NCBI GenBank assembly: GCA_002448795.1 | Contig: DKAH01000017.1 | Location: forward strand, 54,270-118,269 | Source: Fidelibacterota bacterium UBA6931 | Lineage (GTDB): Bacteria > Fidelibacterota > Marinisomatia > Marinisomatales > S15-B10 | Direction: 5' to 3' | Length of the DNA: 64,000 bases | Shown here: one piece after another, positions 36,973 through 46,652 of the stretch | Position numbering within the stretch: the stretch's first letter is position 1 | Layout: every line of letters begins with the position of its first letter | Program-made: the position numbers and the translations under genes | The notes under the pieces: generated by a model | Database searches by the model: none | The model's input: the letters and a program-made list of their open reading frames with translations, nothing else | What the model was told of the DNA's origin: nothing

Positions 36973-37548
36973 TCACACTGAGGCGGTTTCTCCTTCAAGC
37001 CCAAGATCTTCAGCTTTTTCCCTCAACGCTTCGATGACGAACTGGATATGTTCTTCTAAAGATACGCCCAGCTCTTCCGGCCCCTTGTAGACTTCCTCCC
37101 GGTTTACCGACGCGGCAAAACTTTTCTGCTTCAGTTTTTTCTTTACCGATTTCACTTTCACATCATGGATGGATTTTGATGGCCGGACATAGGTAACAGC
37201 AAAGATGAAACCGCTGATCTCATCAGCGGCGTAGAGTGACTTTGCCAAAAGGCTTTCCCGGGCGACGCCGGTGTAGTTAGCGTGTCCCATAATGGCGGTG
37301 GTAACTGTTTCCGGATAGCCTTGTTCGTTTAGAATTTTGTTGCCCACATAAGGGTGTTCATCCGCGGTGGGATACTTCTCATAATCGAAATCGTGGAGCA
37401 GTCCAGTCATACCCCATAACTCCTCATCTTCGCCGTACTTTCGGGCCAGGCACCTCATCACCTGTTCCACCGCCAGAGCGTGGCGTTTGAGGGAATCAGA
37501 CTCGGTATATTCACACAGTAGTTCCCAGGCGTCTTCACGTGAGGGCAT
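36973..37548 (-). CDS. HD/HDIG domain phosphohydrolase
   Basis: H...HD pattern (KRHALAVE...GLLHDFDY). Confidence 0.75.
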   Translation of the reverse strand: MPSREDAWELLCEYTESDSLKRHALAVEQVMRCLARKYGEDEELWGMTGLLHDFDYEKYPTADEHPYVGNKILNEQGYPETVTTAIMGHANYTGVARESLLAKSLYAADEISGFIFAVTYVRPSKSIHDVKVKSVKKKLKQKSFAASVNREEVYKGPEELGVSLEEHIQFVIEALREKAEDLGLEGETASV

Positions 37549-37565
37549 ATCTCATTCTCCTTCGA

Positions 37566-39014
37566 TTAATCTTTCAGGATTGAAAGTTTACGGACGGCGT
37601 TGTGCCACGCCGAAATCTTTTTCTCTCTTGCTGATGCGGGCATTATAGGATGAAAAACTTTGTCTCTTGATGTGACAGCATCTAACGGTTGACCCAGAGC
37701 CGAATGCGCCGCGAGACGGGCGACGCCCAGGGCGGTCATGTCTTTTCCCTGTGTGGTGTGCAGATCTGTATCGAGCAAATCGGAAATGAACTGGAGCAAT
37801 GGAGTTCGGGACGATCCGCCGGAGGCGACAATATCTCCAGTCTCAATGCCTGCCTCCTCTTTCATTACATGGCAGATATCATGGACAAGGAATCCGATGG
37901 ATTCCATGGCGGCCCGAATAAACTGGTTTGGCTCCGTGTCATTGTTGAGGCCGAATACCTCCGTTTCGAATTCACCGGTCCAGTAAGGGGCTGAGATTCC
38001 ATTTAATCCAGGTACGAGAACACCCTCAGTCTCCAGCTCGCACCGCTTGTCCCACATTATCTCTTCGTGGGGAATCTCGAGCCGTCCTTCCACCCATTTG
38101 AACAGTGATCCGATGCTGTTGATGGTACCCTCCAGTAGAAAATGGGTAGCTTCAGCGGTTGAATAGAGGACATTTGTTAATAGTGATGGTACAACTATCG
38201 ATGATTGACCACAGTTCACAAGAACCGATCCAGAAGTCCCGAAGTTCATCGAGACGTCACCTTTGCGCCACCGCCCCTGTCCGATAAGGGACGCTTGCTG
38301 GTCGCCTATAACGCAGAGAAGAGGAATTGCTTTCCCGCCAGCTTTCACCGTGCCAAAGCTGTAGCTGGTCGGGACAATCTGGGGCAGTGCCCTTTCCCTG
38401 ACTTGGAACAGTTTCAGGAGATCATCCTCCCATTGAAGTGTTGCGATGTCCATGAGAAGAGATCGGCCTGCGATGGACTGGTCAATGAGATGGTTTCCAG
38501 TCAGCCGATGAGTCACGAAGGAACTGAGGGGACCAAAAAAAAGATCACCCTTTTCCACGCCGTCCTTGATATTGCTATGGTTGGTAATTGTGTGAAGATA
38601 CTTTGGTCCTCCGAAATGGCCTGTAAGAGGGATACCAGTTTTCTGTTGTACAAAGCCAGAATGTTCAGAAATTCCTTTTGCCAGCCCATCGGCCCGGGAG
38701 TCTTGCCAACTCATGGCCGGAGCGGCAGGCTCACCGTCAGCTTTCCGCCAGAAAAGGAATGTTGATCGCTGAAACGCCATGCCGATGGTGGCTATAGTCA
38801 GCGATTGAGTGTGAGCTTCCTCAACCATCTTGTCGATGACTGTCTCACAAGCGGTAAGAATTTCCGTGGCATCGCATTCTACCCAGCCTGGCTTCGGGCG
38901 ATCTACAGTGTGGCGAATCTTTTCGGTAGCTACAATTTCCAACCTTTTATCAAAAAGGAATCCCTTTGTTGCTGATGTTCCATGATCAACGACGATGATA
39001 CCGGGACGACTCAA
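37566..39014 (-). CDS. FGGY-family carbohydrate kinase (glycerol kinase-like)
   Basis: N-terminal VVDHGTSATKGF and FGGY C-terminal blocks; TTG start. Confidence 0.8.
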   Translation of the reverse strand: MSRPGIIVVDHGTSATKGFLFDKRLEIVATEKIRHTVDRPKPGWVECDATEILTACETVIDKMVEEAHTQSLTIATIGMAFQRSTFLFWRKADGEPAAPAMSWQDSRADGLAKGISEHSGFVQQKTGIPLTGHFGGPKYLHTITNHSNIKDGVEKGDLFFGPLSSFVTHRLTGNHLIDQSIAGRSLLMDIATLQWEDDLLKLFQVRERALPQIVPTSYSFGTVKAGGKAIPLLCVIGDQQASLIGQGRWRKGDVSMNFGTSGSVLVNCGQSSIVVPSLLTNVLYSTAEATHFLLEGTINSIGSLFKWVEGRLEIPHEEIMWDKRCELETEGVLVPGLNGISAPYWTGEFETEVFGLNNDTEPNQFIRAAMESIGFLVHDICHVMKEEAGIETGDIVASGGSSRTPLLQFISDLLDTDLHTTQGKDMTALGVARLAAHSALGQPLDAVTSRDKVFHPIMPASAREKKISAWHNAVRKLSILKD

Positions 39015-39072
39015 CAGGATGTCTCTAGTTTGCGACTAGGGTAAAAATAGGGAGTCGTAAGGGGAATCAGAT

Positions 39073-39576
39073 CTATTCAATCAATTCGCAGGTGCTGCCT
39101 AATGTCACTTCACCAGCTTCGAGTACACGAGCGTACCACCCTCGCCTGCCCATTGTTGTTTTAACAAACTCTGGGCCGCGGTCCTCGCCCACGTACGGCA
39201 GACTGTGCAGTTTGTAACATGGATCGCACTCGTAGGAGATCTGGATGACGGATGATCCCAGCTTGAACTTTACTTCTGGTTGAAGAGTACTGTAGGGTAT
39301 TCCTTCCGTAACAATATTCTCCCCCATATCTCCCGCCTTCACCGGCCAACCTTCTCTGTTCAACTCATCGATAGTCTCAGCCGGCATAACAAGAAGGGCC
39401 ATGTCCCGATGGCCATTCTTCTTGGTGGTTCTGTAATCGTTGTAGTCTCCCTGCATGCCTTCAGCCGTGATTTGGCAACTTTCTATCAAGGGTTTTCTCA
39501 GACCGAATTCGCCGGGTGTCTTTGGTTTCTGGTGAAGGTGCAGAATTTTCCCGGTCATTGAAAATGTTCCTGACAT
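39073..39576 (-). CDS. MOSC domain protein
   Basis: GDMGENIVTEG motif; about 165 aa. Confidence 0.75.
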   Translation of the reverse strand: MSGTFSMTGKILHLHQKPKTPGEFGLRKPLIESCQITAEGMQGDYNDYRTTKKNGHRDMALLVMPAETIDELNREGWPVKAGDMGENIVTEGIPYSTLQPEVKFKLGSSVIQISYECDPCYKLHSLPYVGEDRGPEFVKTTMGRRGWYARVLEAGEVTLGSTCELIE

Positions 39577-39606
39577 AAGCGACGCATCTTATGTTTTTCT
39601 ACACTA

Positions 39607-39933
39607 TCAGGATACGGTAATTCCGTATACCTTTTCAAACTCTTCGGTAGGGATCATTCGGATTGCATCCCAAGTCAGTTTTGTGCATACTCGGGCACAG
39701 ATCTGACATCCGATACATTCATCAAACCGGACCTGCACTGGGGGGATCGGGATATTGTATTTTCCCGGTGCCACTGATTCAATACAGTCAACAGGGCAGA
39801 AGGGTACACAGACCTGACATCCGGTGCAGTTGTCCTCATCTACCACAGCCATCAGCTTTGGCTTCTTCTTTTTATGTCCCGGCTCTTGCGAGAGTTCGGG
39901 AACCGGTTTGTAATGATCGTAGATTTTCGCCAT
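39607..39933 (-). CDS. 2x[4Fe-4S] ferredoxin-type protein
   Basis: CTGCQVCVPFCP and CIGCQICARVC. Confidence 0.8.
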   Translation of the reverse strand: MAKIYDHYKPVPELSQEPGHKKKKPKLMAVVDEDNCTGCQVCVPFCPVDCIESVAPGKYNIPIPPVQVRFDECIGCQICARVCTKLTWDAIRMIPTEEFEKVYGITVS

Positions 39934-40070
39934 GGCGTTAAACAGTGGAGCTTGAATTGGTCCGGAAGTTATACTTTTGTTTCAGGACAATCAAAGAGAA
40001 ACTGAGAAACATACCTCGATTAGGAGAGTACTTCGAAAAAGATTTCACATCTCATTTTGGTAAACCTAAA

Positions 40071-40087
40071 TTTTGCTAAGAGCAAAA
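40071..40087. promoter_or_regulatory. Palindrome just upstream of a TTGACA hexamer in the divergent ferredoxin intergenic region
   Basis: TTTTGCT-AAG-AGCAAAA (7-bp arms), with TTGACA at 40093-40098. The fdx ATG is at 40134 and is preceded by AGGAGG. Confidence 0.3.
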
Positions 40088-40133
40088 AGGTTTTGACAGA
40101 AACTTAAACAAAAATTGAGAGTAGGAGGCAAGA

Positions 40134-40430
40134 ATGACCTACATAATCGCTGAGCCGTGTGTCGGGGTGTGCGATACAGCATGTGTGGAAGTGTGCCCTG
40201 TAGATTGTATTCATGGTCCAGAGGATCCTAAAGGGGCTGGAGGTGAAGCGAAGGCAGATGGGTTTGATCCCGATGGGAAACAGCTATACATTGATCCCGA
40301 AGAGTGTATCGATTGTGGTGCCTGCGAACCGGAATGCCCTGTGGAAGCCATTTTCGAAGAGAGTGAGGTTCCTGAAGAGTGGTCCAAATATACTCCTCTT
40401 AATTACCAATTCTTCGGGCAGGAACCGTAA
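40134..40430 (+). CDS. Ferredoxin (Thermus/Mycobacterium FdxA-like)
   Basis: YIIAEPCVGVCDTACVEVCPVDCIHG ... CIDCGACEPECPVEAI. Confidence 0.85.
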   Translation: MTYIIAEPCVGVCDTACVEVCPVDCIHGPEDPKGAGGEAKADGFDPDGKQLYIDPEECIDCGACEPECPVEAIFEESEVPEEWSKYTPLNYQFFGQEP

Positions 40431-40452
40431 AAAAAGCCCGATCAATCTAGCA

Positions 40453-40483
40453 GCGGCTGTTCAGCAATGGACAGCCGTTTTTC
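40453..40483 (+). terminator. Rho-independent terminator after the ferredoxin gene
   Basis: Stem GCGGCTGT / ACAGCCGT (7 WC pairs plus 1 G-U), a 10-nt loop and T5 at 40478-40482. Confidence 0.7.
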
Positions 40484-40515
40484 TATCCAACGCATAATCC
40501 AGCAAAGAGCGATTC

Positions 40516-41640
40516 ATGACTAAAGATGAAGTGATGGAGCAGCTGAGAGGGGTCAAGTACCCCGGCTTCAGTCGGGATATTGTCTCCTTTGGGATTGTTA
40601 AGTCTGTGGACATTGAAGGGAAATCGGTTAAGGTATTGTTGCAAATGTCTTCAGCCAGTGAGGAAAGTCAGGAGGAGATCCGCGGCAGGGTCATCTCCGC
40701 ACTTAAAGAAGATTTTTCAGCCGTTGATATTCAGTTAGATCAACAACAGGCCTCGGCACAGGAGCCGGTTCAGCAAGCAGAGCTGCTCTCGGGTGTTAAG
40801 CGGACCATTGCCGTAGCGAGCGGGAAAGGAGGCGTCGGTAAATCGACCGTGGCGGTCAACCTCGCGGCAGAATTGATGAACCGGGGTCACTCAGTGGGAC
40901 TCCTTGATCTTGATATATACGGGCCTAGTCTTCCAATCCTTCTCGGAATCAATGAACGGCCTTCAATGACGCAGGAGAAAAAACTGATTCCGCTAGAGAA
41001 ATTTGGCATGAAAGTAATGTCCTTTGGATTCCTGAGTGGGAACGATACACCTGTTATCTGGCGGGGGCCCATGGTTGCAAGGATGACGGAACAGTTTTTT
41101 GGTGATGTTCTCTGGGATGAGCTAGACTACCTTATTTTGGATCTCCCTCCCGGGACGGGGGACATTCAGCTAACATTGGTTCAGAAGTTGAAAATCGCCG
41201 GCGCTGTTATTGTCACCACGCCGCAGGATTTGGCCGTCTCTGATGTAAGAAAAGGGGCAGACATGTTCGGCAAAGTTCACACGCCCGTCCTCGGGGTTAT
41301 TGAAAACATGGCAGGGTTTGTGGTCTCCGGTTTTGTTAGGGATAGAGAAGGGGAACCACTCTCAGGAGGATCGGTCTCTTTCGCCGAAATGGACGGCTTC
41401 CGCGATGTGCAGTTGCAGGCGGATGGCAAGTTCGAACTCGAAGTTGATCTGTTTAAACGGGGTGGAGGAAAAAGTGAAAGTGAACGACTTAATGTGCCGT
41501 TGCTTGGGGAAATCCCTGTTTCTCAGGAATTGATGCAAGCGTGTGATGAAGGGACACCCATTGTCATGAAGGATAGACAGTCTGCGGTGAGCCATGCTTT
41601 CTCATTCATTGTGGATAAGATTGAGGACTCTTTAGCCTGA
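40516..41640 (+). CDS. Mrp/NBP35 (ApbC)-family P-loop ATPase with an N-terminal DUF59-like domain. It lacks the canonical CXXC and carries an insertion instead
   Basis: Walker A SGKGGVGKST and DLPPGTGD. After ENM the usual F.CP.CG is replaced by AGFVVSGFVRDREGEPLSGGSV...DGKFELEV. Confidence 0.8.
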   Translation: MTKDEVMEQLRGVKYPGFSRDIVSFGIVKSVDIEGKSVKVLLQMSSASEESQEEIRGRVISALKEDFSAVDIQLDQQQASAQEPVQQAELLSGVKRTIAVASGKGGVGKSTVAVNLAAELMNRGHSVGLLDLDIYGPSLPILLGINERPSMTQEKKLIPLEKFGMKVMSFGFLSGNDTPVIWRGPMVARMTEQFFGDVLWDELDYLILDLPPGTGDIQLTLVQKLKIAGAVIVTTPQDLAVSDVRKGADMFGKVHTPVLGVIENMAGFVVSGFVRDREGEPLSGGSVSFAEMDGFRDVQLQADGKFELEVDLFKRGGGKSESERLNVPLLGEIPVSQELMQACDEGTPIVMKDRQSAVSHAFSFIVDKIEDSLA

Positions 41641-41671
41641 TCAATTCTCTCTTTCCTCTCTTTTCTATTCT

Positions 41672-42442
41672 ATGCTGACATTTCTTCTTACGCTTACCCT
41701 GGTCCTTTTTGCCGCCATCTTCCCGCTATTCCTCTGGATTGTCGAGCGGGAAACAGTTGAAATGAATATTCACCGATTTATTCTGGGACTGTCGCTCGCA
41801 GCGGGAGTGGCTGGTCTGCTCCTTACCTTTTCGCTGAATGTTCCAGATGGCAAGTTAGTTACCTCCATATGGCTCGGGCTACTCTTTGCAGTGACACTTT
41901 TATATTGGCCTAAGAGTCGTGTTAGTGCATGGATCATTATTTTTCCTTCCTTGTTAGGAGTTGGGGCGAGTGTTAAGCTTATCTCGTTTATGGTTTTATC
42001 GGGCGTGGCATCGGTTCCGGTCATGCTTCTCGGAGGATTGATCTTCTCCGGATCCCTGTTCGCCATGATCCTCGGCCACTGGTACCTGAACGTAGTCGAC
42101 CTTCCCATCACTCTCCTCAGAAACGCTACTCGACTGATTTTAGTCCTTCTCATCATACGCTTGATTTGGAATGTCATAGCACTCCTGTTTCAATCCGTGA
42201 TGACCGAAGGATATTTGGTTCCTTTAACTGAATTCCTTTTCACAATAGACGGAATCTTTCTTGCTACCGCCATCCTTTTTGGCACTGTGCTTCCCCTCAT
42301 ACTTGTTTTTCTAACACTTAGAACAGTGGCAATCCAGTCAACCCAATCCGCCACGGGATTACTCTATGTGCTGGTTCTTTCAGTCGCGATGGGAGACCTC
42401 ATTTACAAGTATTACGCAATCCAGTATGGCCTCATCCTCTGA
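41672..42442 (+). CDS. Hypothetical polytopic membrane protein (about 8 TM)
   Basis: Hydrophobicity pattern only; GHWYLN motif. Its stop overlaps the next start (ATGA-type). Confidence 0.55.
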   Translation: MLTFLLTLTLVLFAAIFPLFLWIVERETVEMNIHRFILGLSLAAGVAGLLLTFSLNVPDGKLVTSIWLGLLFAVTLLYWPKSRVSAWIIIFPSLLGVGASVKLISFMVLSGVASVPVMLLGGLIFSGSLFAMILGHWYLNVVDLPITLLRNATRLILVLLIIRLIWNVIALLFQSVMTEGYLVPLTEFLFTIDGIFLATAILFGTVLPLILVFLTLRTVAIQSTQSATGLLYVLVLSVAMGDLIYKYYAIQYGLIL

Positions 42443-42846
42443 TGTCGTCAGTTTCAAAAGAGTGTGATGTATGCGGAAATTATTATGGTGCAGAAGCCGA
42501 TGGGATGTCAGTTCTTTGTCCACAGTGCGGAGAGGAAGAACTTTCAGTTTTTTCAGGTGATTGGCCTTTCCAGAGATGTCCCTGCTGTGATTGCCATCAA
42601 TTTTACAGGAGGAAAGATTTTAATCAGATCATCGGATGCTTCATCATCCTTGTGGGAGCAATCTTTGTTCCTTTCACTTATGGACTTAGCCTGATCGTTC
42701 TTTCGCTACTTGACTATCTACTCTATCGGAAGGTTCCGGAACTGTTCGTTTGTTATAAATGCGGGGCGGAGTTCCGCGGTTTTGGGCCACTTCCAAAGGA
42801 TGTTGCAGTTTTTGATCATCATATTGGCGAATTGTACGAAAAGTGA
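42442..42846 (+). CDS. Hypothetical zinc-ribbon membrane protein
   Basis: CDVC..CPQC, then CPCCDC, two TM segments, then CYKCG. Confidence 0.55.
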   Translation: MSSVSKECDVCGNYYGAEADGMSVLCPQCGEEELSVFSGDWPFQRCPCCDCHQFYRRKDFNQIIGCFIILVGAIFVPFTYGLSLIVLSLLDYLLYRKVPELFVCYKCGAEFRGFGPLPKDVAVFDHHIGELYEK

Positions 42847-42897
42847 GTCTCGTTGGATAATGGCTCTCTGACAGATTAACTTTCATGTTTAAGATAG

Positions 42898-43662
42898 ATG
42901 ACTAGAGAAGAAGAACTGCTAACCAAAGTCCAGAAGACCGGGGATCTTCCAAGCCATATCGCTATCATTATGGATGGAAACGGGCGGTGGGCAAGGAAAA
43001 GAAGTCTCCCTCGAATAGCCGGTCACAGGGAGGGGATTAATTCTGTGAGAGAGATTACCCGAACCTGCGGCGAATTGAACATAGACTACCTTACCCTCTA
43101 CACTTTTTCCCAGGAAAACTGGCGCCGGCCCAAGCTTGAAGTCTCAGCACTGATGAACCTCCTTGTGGACACGATCCGCAGAGAGATCGATGAACTGATG
43201 GAGAATAATGTAAGGCTTAAGGTGATTGGTAAGTTAGAGGAACTTCCAGTGAAACCGCGAGTTGAGATGGAAGAGGGGATTCAAAGGACCTCTGAAAATG
43301 ATGGACTGACACTCGTTCTTGCTCTTAACTACAGCGGCAGGATGGAAATCCTAGAGGCGGTGGCTAAGATGTGGACGCTCCAGAATAATGGCAAAGAGAT
43401 TCCAGAAATGACTGAACAGCTTTTTGAAAAGCAGCTCTACACTGCGGGCAGTCCGGACCCCGACCTTGTAATACGGACCAGTGGTGAATCTAGGATCAGC
43501 AACTTTCTTCTTTGGCAGATAGCCTACTCTGAGATTGTTATTACCCCAACTCTCTGGCCTGAGTTCCGACGAGAAGAACTTTACAAAGCAATTATTGAAT
43601 ATCAATCGAGGGAACGCCGTTTTGGGAAGATTCCCCATCAAGTGAAAAGGAGCAAGGTGTGA
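42898..43662 (+). CDS. uppS: Isoprenyl transferase (undecaprenyl diphosphate synthase)
   Basis: HIAIIMDGNGRWA and RTSGE.R.SNFLLWQ motifs. Confidence 0.9.
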   Translation: MTREEELLTKVQKTGDLPSHIAIIMDGNGRWARKRSLPRIAGHREGINSVREITRTCGELNIDYLTLYTFSQENWRRPKLEVSALMNLLVDTIRREIDELMENNVRLKVIGKLEELPVKPRVEMEEGIQRTSENDGLTLVLALNYSGRMEILEAVAKMWTLQNNGKEIPEMTEQLFEKQLYTAGSPDPDLVIRTSGESRISNFLLWQIAYSEIVITPTLWPEFRREELYKAIIEYQSRERRFGKIPHQVKRSKV

Positions 43663-46037
43663 AAGTAGTAAAGACGATCCTTGCGACAGTTCTGTTTCAA
43701 GTCGGATTTTTCTCTGCGCAGACGCCAGCCCCAATGAAAATTGCCGGTGTAGAAGTTGAGGGAAACAACATTACCACCGCGACAGTGGTTAAATACACAT
43801 CAGGCATCGTGGAAGGGAAAGAGATCATGCCCGGGGAATTCGGCAAGGCCGTTAAGAAGTTGTGGGCTACAGGTTTCTTTTCAGATATCCAAGTACAGCT
43901 TGATCGCGAATCTGTAGATGGTCTTTATGTGACAATCATAGTCGAAGAGACACCTATTCTTGGAAATGTAACTTTCACCGGTGACAAGAAAAAACGGCGG
44001 GATATCGAAGACGAACTCGATCTCAAAAAAGGTCAGCGAATACGGCCCCACCTCATCAAAGAATCGATCGAGAAAATCAAGCGGCTTCTGGCTGAGGATG
44101 GCTATCTCCGCGCCCACGCGGAAGCGACCATCACTGATGGTGACATGGACAATGTGAAGGATGTTTCTTTCAGGGTGAAAACCGGGAAAAAGGTGAAGAT
44201 CGGAGCTATCAATTTCCACGGCAACGAGGCGTTCAAGGAACGGAAATTGAGAAAAGAGATGAAGGATACCAAGATCCAGAAATGGTACCTATTCTGGCGC
44301 ACTGCTTTTGACAAAGAAAAATTCAGGACTGACAAGGGTCTACTCACACAGTTCTACCAGAATAACGGCTTTAAGGATTTTCGAATTGTCGCGGATTCAC
44401 TTTCCTATTCAAAAAATGGTAAGATTAACCTCGATCTGTGGATCCACGAAGGCGAAAAGTACTACTTTCGTAATTTCACCTGGGAAGGGAACGATCTCTA
44501 CGAAATGGATGAACTGGTGTATACCCTCGATATACGAAAGGGAGACCTGTTCAACGGTGAAGAATTTGATAAGGCTGTGAATGAGCGAGTACATGGTCTC
44601 TATATGGATCGGGGCTATATCTATAGTATGGTAAATCCGATGTTTACACCCATTGGCGATGATTCTATCGACGTCCATTTTTCCATCACCGAGAATCATC
44701 AAGTTTCCGTCCGTCGCCTCGATATCTCCGGCAACGACCGCACTCGGGAGAATGTTATTCGTCGGGAAATGAAAGTGATACCGGGAGAAGTGTTTAACAG
44801 AGAACTGTTGATGCGGAGTGCTAGGGAAGTTTTTATCCTGAATTACTTTGCGGACGTCCGGCCGGATGTAATTCCTGTAGATGAGGATGAGATCGACATC
44901 CTCTTAACAGTGGAAGAGAAATCTTCTGATCAGGCGAACGCAAATATTGGGTATTCACAGGAATTCGGCATCATGGGCGGCGGCGGAGTTCAGTTCAATA
45001 ATTTTAGCGGCAAGGGTCAGCAATTTGCTGTCAATCTCAGTCAGGGTGTTCAGGGGAACATGCGGAATTATGGTTACGGTTTTGGTTATCAGGCTGCCCA
45101 ATATAAGAGCATTTCATTCAGCTTTACCGATCCCATGGTGAATGACCGACCAGTTCTTCTTGGCTTTTCTGTCTTCTACTATTTGAGAGGTCAGAACCGC
45201 TATTACTACAGCATCCCTTTTGATCGTGAAATGCAGGGCGCCAGTTTTAGAATCGGTACGCGGTTGAAATGGCCGGACAACTATTTTCGTTCCTTCTGGG
45301 CCATAAGTATATCCCAGAAAAACTACAGAGGGACCGAAGAAAATCTTAAGGAGTATGGCCTTCTCGGTATCAGCAACAGTGTCGGGCTTAGTTTTTCTCA
45401 AACGGTCACAAGAGATAGCCGAAACCACCCGGAGTTTCCATCCCGAGGCTCCAGTTTCTCATGGACTTCAACACTCTCCGGCGGACCATTCAGCTCAGAA
45501 CTATTGCCAGTACACGAAAATTTCCACAAGCATATCTTAAAATTTGATTGGTTTACCAATCCGTTCTGGAAGGCGGCGCTGGTTTCTTCCTGGCAATTCG
45601 GTGCTATCAAGGACTTGCCGCCTCGCCACACGGAGAATACCATTATTCCCATAGACGAAAAATTCATTATGGGTGGAAGTGGCATCCCTTACGGCACTCT
45701 TCTAAGGGGATATCAGGATAATACCGTTGGGCCATACAACCGCTACCCCTTGGGCGGTCGGGTGATGATGAAATATCTTGCCGAGATCCGCTTCCCCTTT
45801 TCAGAGAATCCCACAGTCTACGGCCTCCTCTTTGCCGAGATGGGAAATAACTGGCTCAATTTCAAGGAGACAGATCCATTTGATCTGAAACGTTCCGCTG
45901 GCTTTGGAATCCGGATGTTTATGCCGATGCTTGGTATGCTCGGATTTGACATGGGGTACGGATTCGACGATATTTCATTCACGGAGAAGAGTCCTGAGGG
46001 TTGGAGGTTCCATGTTCTCTTTGGAATGCCCTTATAG
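43659..46037 (+). CDS. bamA: Outer membrane protein assembly factor BamA
   Basis: Multiple POTRA repeats plus an Omp85 barrel. It lies between uppS and skp. Confidence 0.9.
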   Translation: MKVVKTILATVLFQVGFFSAQTPAPMKIAGVEVEGNNITTATVVKYTSGIVEGKEIMPGEFGKAVKKLWATGFFSDIQVQLDRESVDGLYVTIIVEETPILGNVTFTGDKKKRRDIEDELDLKKGQRIRPHLIKESIEKIKRLLAEDGYLRAHAEATITDGDMDNVKDVSFRVKTGKKVKIGAINFHGNEAFKERKLRKEMKDTKIQKWYLFWRTAFDKEKFRTDKGLLTQFYQNNGFKDFRIVADSLSYSKNGKINLDLWIHEGEKYYFRNFTWEGNDLYEMDELVYTLDIRKGDLFNGEEFDKAVNERVHGLYMDRGYIYSMVNPMFTPIGDDSIDVHFSITENHQVSVRRLDISGNDRTRENVIRREMKVIPGEVFNRELLMRSAREVFILNYFADVRPDVIPVDEDEIDILLTVEEKSSDQANANIGYSQEFGIMGGGGVQFNNFSGKGQQFAVNLSQGVQGNMRNYGYGFGYQAAQYKSISFSFTDPMVNDRPVLLGFSVFYYLRGQNRYYYSIPFDREMQGASFRIGTRLKWPDNYFRSFWAISISQKNYRGTEENLKEYGLLGISNSVGLSFSQTVTRDSRNHPEFPSRGSSFSWTSTLSGGPFSSELLPVHENFHKHILKFDWFTNPFWKAALVSSWQFGAIKDLPPRHTENTIIPIDEKFIMGGSGIPYGTLLRGYQDNTVGPYNRYPLGGRVMMKYLAEIRFPFSENPTVYGLLFAEMGNNWLNFKETDPFDLKRSAGFGIRMFMPMLGMLGFDMGYGFDDISFTEKSPEGWRFHVLFGMPL

Positions 46038-46100
46038 CCTAAGTTTGCTTAAATTCGTTTGATTTTATACAGGAAACGAAATCAAAGAACTTTATAAACG

Positions 46101-46649
46101 GTGGAGGTTAATGTGAAACCTTTGAATAGATTATTTTTGAGCGCTCTGCTTATGGCAGCACCTGTTATGGCAACTGCCCAGCTAAAAGTTGGGTTTGTCC
46201 AATCGGATCGTATCCGAGCCGAGTATGAGGAATTCAAAGAAGCCGAAAGCGAATTGCAGCTCGAATTCAGGAAAGTACAGTTTGAGTTCCAGACTATGAC
46301 TGAAAGGCTTGACAGCCTTAAACAGGCCTTCGAAACCCAGCGTCTTATGAGTTCGCCCGATCGACGGCGCGAAAAGGAGACAGAGATCAGTGTCCTTGAA
46401 CAACAAGTGAAAGATTTTCAAACGCAGAAAGTCGGTCCTGAAGGTCAGCTATACCGACGGCAACTCCAGCTTGAAACTGAGATTATTCAAAAAGTTCAGC
46501 GAGCGGTCAACAAGGTTGCCATCGATAAGGGATATGACTATATCCTAGATTCGGTCAGTCTGCTCTATGGAAAACCGACACATAATCTGACGGATGACGT
46601 TCTCTATCAATTGAGGCAGATTACCGAAGAGGGATCTAACGACGACTGA
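46101..46649 (+). CDS. skp: OmpH/Skp periplasmic chaperone
   Basis: Signal peptide plus a coiled-coil-rich ~170 aa sequence in the position after bamA. GTG at 46113, 5 nt after GGAGG, is the likelier start. Confidence 0.8.
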   Translation: MEVNVKPLNRLFLSALLMAAPVMATAQLKVGFVQSDRIRAEYEEFKEAESELQLEFRKVQFEFQTMTERLDSLKQAFETQRLMSSPDRRREKETEISVLEQQVKDFQTQKVGPEGQLYRRQLQLETEIIQKVQRAVNKVAIDKGYDYILDSVSLLYGKPTHNLTDDVLYQLRQITEEGSNDD

Positions 46650-46652
46650 TTC

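Noticed and set aside
46058-46086. AT-rich inverted repeat TTTGATTT ... AAATCAAA between bamA and skp as a terminator
   Set aside because: The 8-bp stem is all A/T except one pair, the loop is 13 nt and there is no T-tract. bamA-skp are normally co-transcribed.
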